Assembly: GCA_900547945.1 (NCBI GenBank)
Contig: URIT01000001.1
Location: 25,758 to 89,757, forward strand
From: an uncultured bacterium
GTDB lineage: Bacteria; Verrucomicrobiota; Kiritimatiellia; RFP12; UBA1067
Length of the DNA stretch: 64,000 nucleotides
Direction of reading: 5' to 3'
In this document: in pieces, positions 48,116 to 57,185 of the stretch
Layout: the number at the start of each line of letters is the position of its first letter
Position numbering within the stretch: the stretch's first letter is position 1
Made by a program: the position numbers and the translations under genes
The notes under the pieces: generated by a model
Databases searched by the model: none
Seen by the model: the letters and a program-made list of their open reading frames with translations, nothing else
What the model was told of the DNA's origin: nothing

Positions 48116-49651
48116 TCAATCCCGGTTGCCGAGGAACAGGCGGTAGGCCGGGTTCCGCGATACGTCGCGGAAGGCATAGCCGAGTTCCTTCAGGGCCGCC
48201 GTGAAGGCGGTCCGTTCCGAGGTCGGAACCTGGAGCCCCACGAGGACCTTGCCGTGGTCGGCGCCGTGGTTGCGGTAGTGGAAGAGCGTGATGTTCCAGC
48301 GGTTGGAGATCGCCTCCAGGAAGTCCATCAGCGCGCCGGGGCGTTCTGGGAACTCGAAGGTGTAGACAACCTCGTCGTGGATGCCGCGCGTATGGCCGCC
48401 GACCATGTGGCGGATGTGTTCCTTGGCGAGTTCGTCGTCGGAGAGGTCGATCGTGCCGATCCTCGCGGCGGTGAGCTGCGCGACGATGCGCGTCGTCTCC
48501 GCGCGGTCGGCGACGGAGAGGCCCACGAAGACGTAGGCCTTGTCGGGATCGAAGTAGCGGTAGTTGAACTCGGTGACGTTGCGCTTGCCGATCTTGCGGA
48601 TGAAGGACTTGAAGGCACCGCGTTCCTCGGGGATGCGGCATTCGAGGATGGCCTCGCGCTTCTCGCCGATCTCGGTCTGTTCGGAGACGAAGCGGATGCG
48701 GTCGAAGTTCATGTTCGCGCCGGAGATGATGCAGGCGTAGGTTTCGTCCTTCGTGCCCTTCCGCGCCGCATACTGCTTGGCGGCCGCGAGGGCGAGCGCG
48801 CCAGCGGGCTCGCAGATGGCGCGGGTCGCCTCGAAGATGTCCTTGATGGCGGCGCACGTCTCGTCGGTCGAGACACGGACGATGCCGTCGAGGAAACGGC
48901 GGCAGAGGTCGAAGGTGATCTTGCCCGGCTTCTTGACGGCCACGCCGTCCGCGAAGAGCCCGACTTCGGAAAGTTCGACGCGCCGGCCGGCCTTGATCGA
49001 GCGGTCCATGCAGTCCGAATCGACCGGCTCGACGCCGAAGACCTTGACGCCGGGACGCACCGCCTTGAGGTAGACGGCGACGCCCGCCGCGAAGCCGCCG
49101 CCGCCGACGGGGACGAAGACGGCGTCGAGCGCGCCGGGGCGCTGGCGGAGGATTTCCATCGCGACCGTCCCCTGTCCGGCAATGACCTCGGGATCGTCGT
49201 AGGGCGGAATGAACGTGTAGTCCTTCTCCGCGACGAGGCGCGCGGCGGTGGCCGCCGCGTCCGAATAGGAGTCGCCGGCGAGCACGATCGACGCCCCGTA
49301 GCCCTTCACGGAGGCGATCTTGATCTCGGGCGTCGTGACGGGCATCACGATGGTCGCCTTGCACCCCAGCACCTTCGCGCTCAGCGCGACGCCCTGCGCA
49401 TGGTTGCCCGCCGACGCCGCCAGGACGCCCTTCTCCAGCGCGGCGCGCGGCAACTGCGACATCTTGTTGTAGGCACCCCGGATCTTGAAGGAGTGGACGC
49501 CCTGGAGGTCTTCGCGTTTCAGAAGGAAGTGGTTGCCGAGCTTGCGGGAAAGCGCAGCCGCCTCTTCGAGCGGGCTCTCGATCGCGACGTCGTAGACCTT
49601 GGAATTGAGGATACGGCGCAAATACTGCTCCTGAAGACTCTTATCGTTCAT
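48116..49651 (-). CDS. ilvA: biosynthetic threonine dehydratase / threonine ammonia-lyase
   Basis: FKIRGAYN (PLP lysine), SAGNHAQGVA, GGGGFAAGVAVY, two C-terminal regulatory domains. 511 aa. Confidence 0.85.
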   Translation of the reverse strand: MNDKSLQEQYLRRILNSKVYDVAIESPLEEAAALSRKLGNHFLLKREDLQGVHSFKIRGAYNKMSQLPRAALEKGVLAASAGNHAQGVALSAKVLGCKATIVMPVTTPEIKIASVKGYGASIVLAGDSYSDAAATAARLVAEKDYTFIPPYDDPEVIAGQGTVAMEILRQRPGALDAVFVPVGGGGFAAGVAVYLKAVRPGVKVFGVEPVDSDCMDRSIKAGRRVELSEVGLFADGVAVKKPGKITFDLCRRFLDGIVRVSTDETCAAIKDIFEATRAICEPAGALALAAAKQYAARKGTKDETYACIISGANMNFDRIRFVSEQTEIGEKREAILECRIPEERGAFKSFIRKIGKRNVTEFNYRYFDPDKAYVFVGLSVADRAETTRIVAQLTAARIGTIDLSDDELAKEHIRHMVGGHTRGIHDEVVYTFEFPERPGALMDFLEAISNRWNITLFHYRNHGADHGKVLVGLQVPTSERTAFTAALKELGYAFRDVSRNPAYRLFLGNRD

Positions 49652-49699
49652 CGCGGTTCCTTCATGCAAAAAAACCGTCCACGAACGGGACGGTTGATT

Positions 49700-49776
49700 T
49701 GGGGCAAGAGACGGGGCACGATCCCGCAACCCTCAGATCCACAATCTGATGCTCTACCAATTGAGCTACTCTCGCC
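49700..49776 (-). tRNA. tRNA-His (anticodon GTG) with genomically encoded G-1
   Basis: Reverse complement GGCGAGAGTAGCTCAATTGGTAGAGCATCAGATTGTGGATCTGAGGGTTGCGGGATCGTGCCCCGTCTCTTGCCCCA. Cloverleaf with D-arm GCTC/GAGC, anticodon loop TTGTGGA, discriminator C, CCA end. Confidence 0.8.
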
Positions 49777-49930
49777 ATCGAAAACGGCAGTTAGTATACC
49801 GAATTCCGCAGGTGGTTGCAATGGGGAAATTCATCTTTTTTGAAACCGCGCTTCAAGCTCCCGCGCACAGCGGGCGGATATGTGCTATACTATACAACCA
49901 GTGATTTTGCAAAACGAAACGAGTGACACC

Positions 49931-51733
49931 ATGAGCGACATGCACCCCTACCGCACGCATACGTGCAACCAGCTCCGCAGGGAAGACGCGGGCAAGACGG
50001 TTCGCCTTTCCGGCTGGATGTTCCGCCTCCGCGACCACGGCGGCATCCTCTTCGTGGACCTCCGCGACCACTACGGCCTCACGCAGGTCGTCGTCCATCC
50101 GAGCCGCAGCTTCTTCTCCCTCGTCGAGAAGGCCCACCTTGAAAGCGTCATCACCGTGACGGGCGAGGTGAAGCTGCGCGACCCCGAAACGATCAACCCC
50201 AACCTCCCGACGGGCGAGATCGAGATCGAGGCGAACGAACTCGTGATGGAGGGCGCCTCCGCCGTCACGCCGCTCTACATCCCGGACGAGAAGGCCGAAG
50301 AGAGCGAGGACGTGCGCCTCAAGTACCGCTTCCTCGACCTGCGCCGCGAAAAGCTCCACCGCAACATCATGCTCCGCTCCGAGGTCATCCGTTTCCTGCG
50401 CGAGCAGATGTGGGCCAAGGGCTTCCACGAGTTCCAGACGCCGATCCTCACGGCCTCCTCGCCCGAGGGCGCGCGCGACTACCTCGTGCCGAGCCGCGTC
50501 CACCGCGGGATGTTCTACGCCCTTCCGCAGGCGCCGCAGATGTTCAAGCAGCTCCTCATGGTCTCGGGCTTCGACCGCTACTTCCAGATCGCCCCGTGCT
50601 TCCGCGACGAGGCCGCGCGCGCAGACCGTTCGCCGGGCGAGTTCTACCAGCTCGACATCGAGATGTCCTACGCGACGCAGGATGAGATCTTCGCCGTCGT
50701 GGAGGACGTGGTGGGCAGGACGTTCGCGAAGTTCTCCACTTGGACGTGCAACGCCGCCCCGTGGCCGCGCATCAAGTACCGCGACGCGATGATGGTCTAC
50801 GGATCGGACAAGCCCGACCTCCGCAACCCGCTCAAGTGGTTCGACATGAGCGCCTTCTTCGCGAAGGCGAACTTCAAGGCGTTTGCCTCCTGCGTCGCGA
50901 ACGGCGGCCTCGTCAAGGGCCTCCTCGTCAAGGGCATCGTGGGCGTCGAGGCGCGCACGTGGTTCGACAAGCGCGAGGCGTTCGTCAAGGAGAACGGCGG
51001 CAAGGGCCTCGGCTACATCAGCTGGACGAAGGAGGGCGAGCTCAAGGGCCCGATCGCGAAATTCCTCTCCCCCGAGCAGCTGGAGGAGATGAAGGCGCTC
51101 GCGAAGATGGAGCCGGGCGACTGCCTCTTCTTCATGGCGGCCGACGTCGACGAGTGCCACCGCCTCTCCGGTCTCGTGCGCACGAACATCGCCGACAACA
51201 TGACGCACGACATCCGCGAGCACGGGTGCTACAAGTTCTGCTGGATCGTCGACTTCCCCTTCTTCGAGAAGGATCCCGAGACGGGCAAGATCATCTTCTC
51301 GCACAACCCCTTCTCGATGCCGCAGGGCGGGCTGGAGGCGCTCCAGACGAAGGCCCCGCTCGACATCGAGGCCTACCAGTACGATGTCGTCTGCAACGGC
51401 ATCGAGCTCTCCTCGGGCGCGATCCGCAACCATCGCATCGACATCATGGAGAAGGCGTTCGAGATCGCGGGCTACCCCAGGGAAGTCGTCCAGCAGAAGT
51501 TCGGCTGCCTCTACAACGCCTTCCAGTACGGCGCGCCGCCGCACGGCGGCATCGCGCCCGGCGTGGACCGCATGGTCATGCTCCTCACCGATACGCCCAA
51601 CATCCGCGAGGTCATCGCCTTCCCGATGAACCAGAAGGCCCAGGACCTCATGATGAACGCGCCGAACTACGTCACCGAACAGCAGCTCCGCGAACTCCAC
51701 ATCAAGATTCGCGGCACGAACGAAAATGCTTAA
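49931..51733 (+). CDS. aspS: aspartate--tRNA ligase
   Basis: Class II aaRS motifs FRDE (motif 2), [29 protein letters not shown] (motif 3). 600 aa. Confidence 0.9.
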   Translation: MSDMHPYRTHTCNQLRREDAGKTVRLSGWMFRLRDHGGILFVDLRDHYGLTQVVVHPSRSFFSLVEKAHLESVITVTGEVKLRDPETINPNLPTGEIEIEANELVMEGASAVTPLYIPDEKAEESEDVRLKYRFLDLRREKLHRNIMLRSEVIRFLREQMWAKGFHEFQTPILTASSPEGARDYLVPSRVHRGMFYALPQAPQMFKQLLMVSGFDRYFQIAPCFRDEAARADRSPGEFYQLDIEMSYATQDEIFAVVEDVVGRTFAKFSTWTCNAAPWPRIKYRDAMMVYGSDKPDLRNPLKWFDMSAFFAKANFKAFASCVANGGLVKGLLVKGIVGVEARTWFDKREAFVKENGGKGLGYISWTKEGELKGPIAKFLSPEQLEEMKALAKMEPGDCLFFMAADVDECHRLSGLVRTNIADNMTHDIREHGCYKFCWIVDFPFFEKDPETGKIIFSHNPFSMPQGGLEALQTKAPLDIEAYQYDVVCNGIELSSGAIRNHRIDIMEKAFEIAGYPREVVQQKFGCLYNAFQYGAPPHGGIAPGVDRMVMLLTDTPNIREVIAFPMNQKAQDLMMNAPNYVTEQQLRELHIKIRGTNENA

Positions 51734-51785
51734 CTGGTGTAATGGTTAAATCGTCGCTTCGCGGCTTTAAAGGCATATATGCCAT

Positions 51786-52580
51786 TTGAAGTCGCGAGCG
51801 GTGGTTTGCCATTCCGTTCCCATGAGGCGTTTTGGAAACAGTCCCTATTGCCTCGTACACGCCCTCGTCGCTTCGGCGGCGTTGGGTGTGCTTGTTTTTT
51901 CGGGCGGTTGTGCCTCTTTCTGGCGGCAGTTCGTCTACGGACTCAACCAGGTGATGACGCCGGAGGTGCTGAAGCGGAACCTGCTTCTCTCGACGGCGTT
52001 CTTCGCGTCGCTCCTCTTCGTCCTTTGGCTCATGGCGTGCCTCCCCGCTTTCTGGAAGACGCGCGTACCGCCCTCCGAAGAAGGCGGAAGACCGTCCGTT
52101 GACCGTCTGCGTGGCGTACGCCTCGCGGCGTGTGCCGCGCCCGTTCTGACGGCGGTCGCCCTGGGGCTCAACTGGCTGGGCGCGCATGCGATTACCTGGT
52201 GTACGGGAGTCCAGGCGGCCGATCAGGAACTCGTCAAGTGCTTTACGGACGGGCAGTATGCGCCGGGGCTCCGTACCCTCCTCGTCGTTGTCGTCCTCTT
52301 TCAGGCCCCCCTTCTGGAAGAGCCGATTTTCAGGGGCATCGTCTTTCGCGGTTTTGCGTCCGCCCTGCCCTTCTGGGGTGCGGCCCTTCTCTCCGGTGCC
52401 GTCTTCGCGCTCGTCCACGTCAATGCCGCCTCGTTCGTCGCCCTCTGGTTCCTCGGCGTTGCATTCGCCTGGCTCTACGCCCGGACCGGTACGATCCTCG
52501 CGCCGATGACGGCGCACGTTCTCTTCAACGCCGCCAACCTCCTGCTGCTCGTCTTCTTCCCCGAACTCTCCGCGAGCTAG
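51786..52580 (+). CDS. CPBP family intramembrane metalloprotease (CAAX protease/Abi family)
   Basis: LLEEPIFRG (EExxxR), FALVH, HVLFNAANL (HxxxN). Multi-TM. Confidence 0.7.
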   Translation: MKSRAVVCHSVPMRRFGNSPYCLVHALVASAALGVLVFSGGCASFWRQFVYGLNQVMTPEVLKRNLLLSTAFFASLLFVLWLMACLPAFWKTRVPPSEEGGRPSVDRLRGVRLAACAAPVLTAVALGLNWLGAHAITWCTGVQAADQELVKCFTDGQYAPGLRTLLVVVVLFQAPLLEEPIFRGIVFRGFASALPFWGAALLSGAVFALVHVNAASFVALWFLGVAFAWLYARTGTILAPMTAHVLFNAANLLLLVFFPELSAS

Positions 52581-53789
52581 ATGCGCATCGCCTTCAAGAC
52601 CTTCGGCTGCCGCCTGAACCATGCGGAGGCCCTTGACGCGGAAGCGTGCTTCCAGGCGGATGGACATCTGATTGTGGACCTCGATGCGGCCTATCCTCCT
52701 GACGTCATCGTCGTTCGGGGGTGTTCCGTCACCGCGAAGGCCCAGCACGAGTGCGAAAAGGAAATCGCCCGTCTGCGGCGGCGTTTCCCAGCAGCGGAAA
52801 TCCGTCTCAGGGGCTGTCTTCCTGCGGCCTCCGCCGTCTCTGCCCGACGGAAGGAGGAGACTTCGGGAAGCCCAATTCCGCTGCGTACGTCACGCGCCTA
52901 TCTGAAAGTACAGGACGGCTGTTCGGGGCGGTGCGCCTTCTGCATCGTCCCGCGCTTTCGCGGGCCTCCCGTTTCCGTTCCCTTCGACCACGTGCTGGCG
53001 CGCGCCCGCGCCTTCCTTGCGGCAGGGTACCGCGAACTCGTCGTCACCGGCTGCAATCTCGCCCTCTACCACGATGCCGGACGCCGCCTCCCCGACCTGC
53101 TCGCCGCCCTTGCGGCGCTCACGGGACCGACTCCCGTCCATCGTATCCGCCTCGGTTCTCTGGAACCGGGCCTCTGCGGTCCCGCGCTGCTCGACGTGAT
53201 GGCCGTGCATCTGAACATCTGCCGCTTCCTCCACCTTTCCCTCCAGTCCGCCTCCAACCACATCCTGAAGCGGATGAACCGCCCCTACGAGGTTGAAGAT
53301 GTTACGGCCTTCTGTGCCCGGGCCGTCCATCTCATCGGGCCACGCCTTACCCTCGGAGCCGATGTCATCGCCGGTTTTCCCGGAGAAACGGATGCGGACC
53401 ATGCGGCGACGCTGCGCTTTCTCGCCAATCCCCTCAACCATTCGACCGTAGCGGACCCTCTTCGCGCGCCCTTCTTCTCCCTGCTCCACGTCTTCCCCTA
53501 TTCGGAGCGTCCCGGCACGCCGGCGGCGACGATGGAGGGCCCCCTTCCACGCGCGGTGCGACTCGCCCGGGCACGCGAACTGGAGGCGCTGGGCCGCCGC
53601 CAGCGTGTTGCTTTCGCCCGGTCGTTCGTCGGACAGGAGGTCGAAGCGTGTGTCGAACGCGCCGGCGACCACGGCTGGACGGCGGAATACCTCCCCTGCC
53701 TCCTCGCTTCCCCCGCCCCGCGCCGCTCGCTCGTCACCGTCCGTATCGCCTCCTGCGACGCAGACGGAACGCTGCACGCCCGTCCCTAG
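52581..53789 (+). CDS. radical SAM methylthiotransferase, MiaB/RimO/MtaB family
   Basis: N-terminal MTTase domain (IAFKTFGCRLNHAE, three Cys). Radical SAM CSGRCAFCIV. Confidence 0.7.
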   Translation: MRIAFKTFGCRLNHAEALDAEACFQADGHLIVDLDAAYPPDVIVVRGCSVTAKAQHECEKEIARLRRRFPAAEIRLRGCLPAASAVSARRKEETSGSPIPLRTSRAYLKVQDGCSGRCAFCIVPRFRGPPVSVPFDHVLARARAFLAAGYRELVVTGCNLALYHDAGRRLPDLLAALAALTGPTPVHRIRLGSLEPGLCGPALLDVMAVHLNICRFLHLSLQSASNHILKRMNRPYEVEDVTAFCARAVHLIGPRLTLGADVIAGFPGETDADHAATLRFLANPLNHSTVADPLRAPFFSLLHVFPYSERPGTPAATMEGPLPRAVRLARARELEALGRRQRVAFARSFVGQEVEACVERAGDHGWTAEYLPCLLASPAPRRSLVTVRIASCDADGTLHARP

Positions 53790-53879
53790 CCGAAATGCCT
53801 GCGGCGCTGTACCAGCGCCGCCCCCGGCGTGTGGCATCTGAACGGGAATGCTTGCACGACCACACGATTTCACGTATAC

Positions 53880-54105
53880 TACACATGTTTACACGAAAGG
53901 CGTGGAAGCGAATGTGCGTCAGGTTGTTTCGCGCGAGAAAGCGGTCGTAGAACTCCCGACACGTGCGAACCTCCGAACACTTCATTCGACCTCCGATGAA
54001 ATAGGCTTCTGCATCTTCCTGCCGAAGCCGCTCCAGCACAGGAAGCAGAATCGGCGCAAGTGGGATGTCGCGTGCCGACGTGCGGCTTTTGGGTGCGGCG
54101 ATCAC
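53880..54105 (-). pseudogene. tyrosine recombinase (phage-type integrase) C-terminal fragment
   Basis: APKSRTSARDIPLAPILLPVLERLRQ...YFIGGRM...FYDRFLARNNLTHIRFHAFR matches the integrase catalytic-domain segment up to HxxR. Frame is lost before the catalytic Tyr and no N-terminal domain is present. Confidence 0.5.
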
Positions 54106-54180
54106 GACCTTGGACCGTCCCGTGCCATTGAGCTGCTTTCGATAGATGCGCTTGGCGAAGAGGACAGGAGCGTCATCGTC

Positions 54181-54447
54181 TACAATGACAAGATCCGGAT
54201 CCTCAACATCCCGCTACGCGCCTACGATTGGCAGGTGAACGGCAAGTCGCCCATCGAATGGATCATGGAACGCTACGCCGTGACAGTCAACAGGGATTCG
54301 CAGATCCGAAACGATCCGAACGACTGGTGCAGAGAGCATGGGCAGCCGCGCTATATCCTCGACCTGATCGGTCGCATCGTGAACGTGAGCATTCAGACTC
54401 TTGACTTGATGGCATCGTTGCCACCGCTTTCGTTCAAGACGAACTGA
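54181..54447 (+). pseudogene. C-terminal end fragment of a single-chain restriction-modification enzyme (Type IIG/ISP/PglX-like)
   Basis: ...YAVTVNRDSQIRNDPNDWCREHGQPRYILDLIGRIVNVSIQTL resembles the extreme C-terminus of Type IIG/ISP methyltransferase-nuclease fusions. No upstream domains in frame. Confidence 0.3.
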
Positions 54448-54483
54448 GAATGCGTTTGGGCTCCGATTAATATATAGAGGCAA

Positions 54484-54765
54484 CTACACAATCCGAACGC
54501 GACAAGCGCGTCCGCCTTCGGGAGGAACGGGTTCTGTCGTGTCCGCTCGGTTTGGGTATGAGTCACCGTAGAGGGCATCTGCTTGATCCATCAATGAATC
54601 AACCGTTTCGTCAACAAACAAGTTCTCCTTGCGCCATTCCGTGTAATCGAACGGCTCACGATTGATGAGCGCGATGAACCGCTCGGCATTGACATCGCCA
54701 AACGCCTGTACCAGCACGGAAAAACCGCGTACGCGCAGTTCGTTATCGGTAATTGTAGTTGTCAT
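54484..54765 (-). CDS. hypothetical protein, possible partner (antitoxin?) of the adjacent PIN protein
   Basis: 93 aa. 4-nt overlap with the upstream PIN gene. Low-GC islet. Confidence 0.35.
   Translation of the reverse strand: MTTTITDNELRVRGFSVLVQAFGDVNAERFIALINREPFDYTEWRKENLFVDETVDSLMDQADALYGDSYPNRADTTEPVPPEGGRACRVRIV
54493..54547. repeat. inverted pair of REP-like elements (left edge of the low-GC islet)
   Basis: ccgaacgcgacaagcgcgtccgcc + gggaggaacgggttctgtcgtgtccgc. Confidence 0.55.
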
Positions 54766-55196
54766 CTGATTCCCTCCAACACAAACTCGACAGGGTTCGC
54801 CACTCGCATTTCGCCAAGGCGTTTCAACTTCTTAAGGATGCCGCGATCTACCGTAAAGAACCAATCGCATTCAGCCTGTTCCGCACACGCAAGGTGAATC
54901 GCATCCGCAGACTTGATGCCATAGCGCATCAAGTCTGAAGCACGTAGCCTAATAGCGACAGATGGAGGTATGTCAATTGCCGCCCCATTCGCCCAATCCT
55001 GAATTGCCTTTTTTCGCTGGTAATCAGGATTGCGAGACACCTCCATGCGCAACATGAACGACCAGGCATACTCCAAGACACCTGTACGCATAAGCCCCTG
55101 AATCAGCAACTTAGCGTCTGATTCGATCTTAATCGCTGTTTGCGTCTGAATATCAAAAGGGCGATTATAGCAACAGTTGTCGAGATAGACTCTCAT
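54762..55196 (-). CDS. PIN domain protein (VapC-like toxin)
   Basis: MRVYLDNCCY (first acidic residue) ... DAIHLACAEQAECDWFFTVD (conserved PIN acidic residues). Could alternatively start at 55235. Confidence 0.6.
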   Translation of the reverse strand: MRVYLDNCCYNRPFDIQTQTAIKIESDAKLLIQGLMRTGVLEYAWSFMLRMEVSRNPDYQRKKAIQDWANGAAIDIPPSVAIRLRASDLMRYGIKSADAIHLACAEQAECDWFFTVDRGILKKLKRLGEMRVANPVEFVLEGIR

Positions 55197-55206
55197 ATGC
55201 CTTGTC

Positions 55207-55682
55207 TTATTGATTATTTGCTCCTTCTCCATCAAAACGAAAAAAATTATAACACAATGTTGTAATCGAGGTCAACGTCAACGAGAGCGCCGACAATGCA
55301 TCAAATCGAGAACTGTAGCTTGGGGGATAGTCTGGACTGTGCAACAGGCCATAGACGTAGAAGAAGACATCTTCACGCGTCACTTTGGGACCGTATTCTT
55401 CACGTGCGCGCTGAAGAATGAAATCGCTTATACCGGAATGCCGTCTATAATCCCCGTTTCCCTTGTCAAACAAAGAAAATCGCGCCAGAGCCAAATGTCC
55501 TTGAGGTAAACCCCGTACTTGGGGTCTGCCCATAGATACTCGCGTATCAACTCCTCGAAGCGTGTGCCCTTGTTGGCCTCTGAGAACGACTCGCGGCGGT
55601 ACTTATCAAGAATCTTCGTGAACGGCATCAGCATTTTAGAATCCCTGGCAAAACTAGGACACGACAAGCGCGTCCCTCCCAT
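55207..55682 (-). pseudogene. frameshifted, internally deleted remnant of a Type IIG/ISP-like restriction-modification enzyme
   Basis: Frame A (55428..55682): KGTRFEELIREYLWADPKY...IWLWRDF (Mrr-like N-terminus). Frame B (55207..55533): EDVFFYVYGLLHSPDY (C-terminal MTase-region motif YxYAvLHSPxY). Together only about 150 aa of a protein expected to exceed 1000 aa. Confidence 0.4.
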
Positions 55683-55726
55683 TCGCGGAATTCGCCTTTT
55701 GGGAGGGACGCGCTTGTCGCGTCCGC
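55658..55726. repeat. BIME-like inverted REP pair forming an 18-bp-stem hairpin (right edge of the islet; likely terminator of the 55739 gene)
   Basis: gacaagcgcgtccctccc - 20-nt loop - gggagggacgcgcttgtc. The two arms are exact reverse complements. Confidence 0.75.
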
Positions 55727-55738
55727 AATCGGGAGGGG

Positions 55739-57181
55739 CTAGAGCGCGCGGATGAAGATGTTCTTGAACTCAAGCGGATCGCCGTGGCACTGGAGCTCGA
55801 TTTGCTCGACCGGGAAGATCGGCTTCGAACGGTCCCAGTAGTTCTCCAGCACCGTGTTGTCCACCACCTTCACGCCGTTGAGCTCGACGGTCACGCGCTC
55901 GCCGCGCATCGTGATGTGGAACGTGTTCCAGTCGCCGACGTTGCGGTCCGCGATCGCGAGGGGCCGGGACGGATGCGTCCGGTTGTTGTAGAGGCCGCCC
56001 GAGCCGATGCCCCACTGGTTGTGCGCGTCCCAGATCTGGACCTGCGGCGTGCCGCGCAGATAGAGGCCGCTGTCGCCCTGGACGGAGAGCGTGCGCCAGT
56101 CCACCCACATCTCGAAGTCCCCGTAGTCCTTCGCCGTCGCGAGCGAGTAGCCGCCCTGGAAGCCGTCAAAGAAGAGCGCGCCGTCGCGCACGTGCCAATG
56201 TTCGTCCTTCTGCCGGTCGGCGATCTTCTGCATCGCGGCGCGTTTCTCGGGCGTGGCGGCCTGACGGACCTTCGGGTTGTCGAACTTCTCGGTGGTCGTC
56301 ACGCCCTTCCAGTTCTTCGCGAGGCTCGCCGCACCGCCGTCGAAAAGCGGCGTGAAGCCGGCGGGGCACGCCTTCTGCGTGTCCGAGCCGACCACGTAGT
56401 CCGCCGGGACCTCCTTGATGCGGATGTTGCGCCACATGACGTGGTGGCCATGGCCAAGCCAGCCGATGCGGCCCTTCCGGTTGTGGAGGCCGGGGTGCTT
56501 CTTGCCGTCCGGCGTGTCCGTGCCGTCGCCCTTGAACTTCGAGACATCGGCGTCCGTCACGAGTTCGCCGTTCAGGATCACCTGAATGCGGCTGCCGATC
56601 ACGCGCACCTCCTCGAAGTTCCACATGCCGGGCCGGCGCACGTAGCTGCCGCCGCCGGTGAAGTTCTTGTCCTTGCCCCAGATCTGCTTGTTGAAGTTGT
56701 CGCGCTTCGCCGGCACGATGCCGTAGACCGACCCCGTGTACTGGTAGGGCCTGAGCTTGTCCTTCTTCGCGGCCTTGTCGTAGTAGGCGTCACCGCCGTC
56801 GTCGAGCAGCTGGAGTTCGCACATCGCGTGATAGGCGGCGTCCTTGTGGATGTCGGTCATGCGCAGGCCGAGTCCGTTGTTGACGTTCTCTGGCATGCAG
56901 AACTCGAAGCGGAGGATGAAGTTCTCGAACTCCTTCTCCGTGCAGAGGTTGCCGCCGGAGCCCTTGCCCGGCTGGCAGGCGAGGACGTTCATCTCCTTCA
57001 TCTCGCCCGTCCCGGCCATCTTGACCTTGATCGTCTCGACGCCGTAGGACGACGTGGCGCCGACCCAGCCCGTGAGGTCCTTGCCGTTGAACAGCGGCAC
57101 GAACCCTTCGGCGTCGGGCATCGCCGCGCCGAGGGACACGCAGGCCGCCAGCGCGGCCGCGGAGAGGAAACAGCATTTCAT
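55739..57181 (-). CDS. secreted protein with two tandem DUF1080 (3-keto-disaccharide hydrolase/LamG-like) domains
   Basis: Signal peptide. Domain 1 FVPLFNGKDLTGW...FENFILRFEF. Domain 2 FTPLFDGGAASLAKNW...YGDFEMWVDW. Confidence 0.65.
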   Translation of the reverse strand: MKCCFLSAAALAACVSLGAAMPDAEGFVPLFNGKDLTGWVGATSSYGVETIKVKMAGTGEMKEMNVLACQPGKGSGGNLCTEKEFENFILRFEFCMPENVNNGLGLRMTDIHKDAAYHAMCELQLLDDGGDAYYDKAAKKDKLRPYQYTGSVYGIVPAKRDNFNKQIWGKDKNFTGGGSYVRRPGMWNFEEVRVIGSRIQVILNGELVTDADVSKFKGDGTDTPDGKKHPGLHNRKGRIGWLGHGHHVMWRNIRIKEVPADYVVGSDTQKACPAGFTPLFDGGAASLAKNWKGVTTTEKFDNPKVRQAATPEKRAAMQKIADRQKDEHWHVRDGALFFDGFQGGYSLATAKDYGDFEMWVDWRTLSVQGDSGLYLRGTPQVQIWDAHNQWGIGSGGLYNNRTHPSRPLAIADRNVGDWNTFHITMRGERVTVELNGVKVVDNTVLENYWDRSKPIFPVEQIELQCHGDPLEFKNIFIRAL

Positions 57182-57185
57182 GGTT

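Noticed and set aside
53848-54180. N-terminal 111 aa of ORF 53848..54447 as part of an R-M gene
   Set aside because: This part overlaps the integrase fragment on the opposite strand and has no similarity. Only the last about 88 aa look R-M-like.
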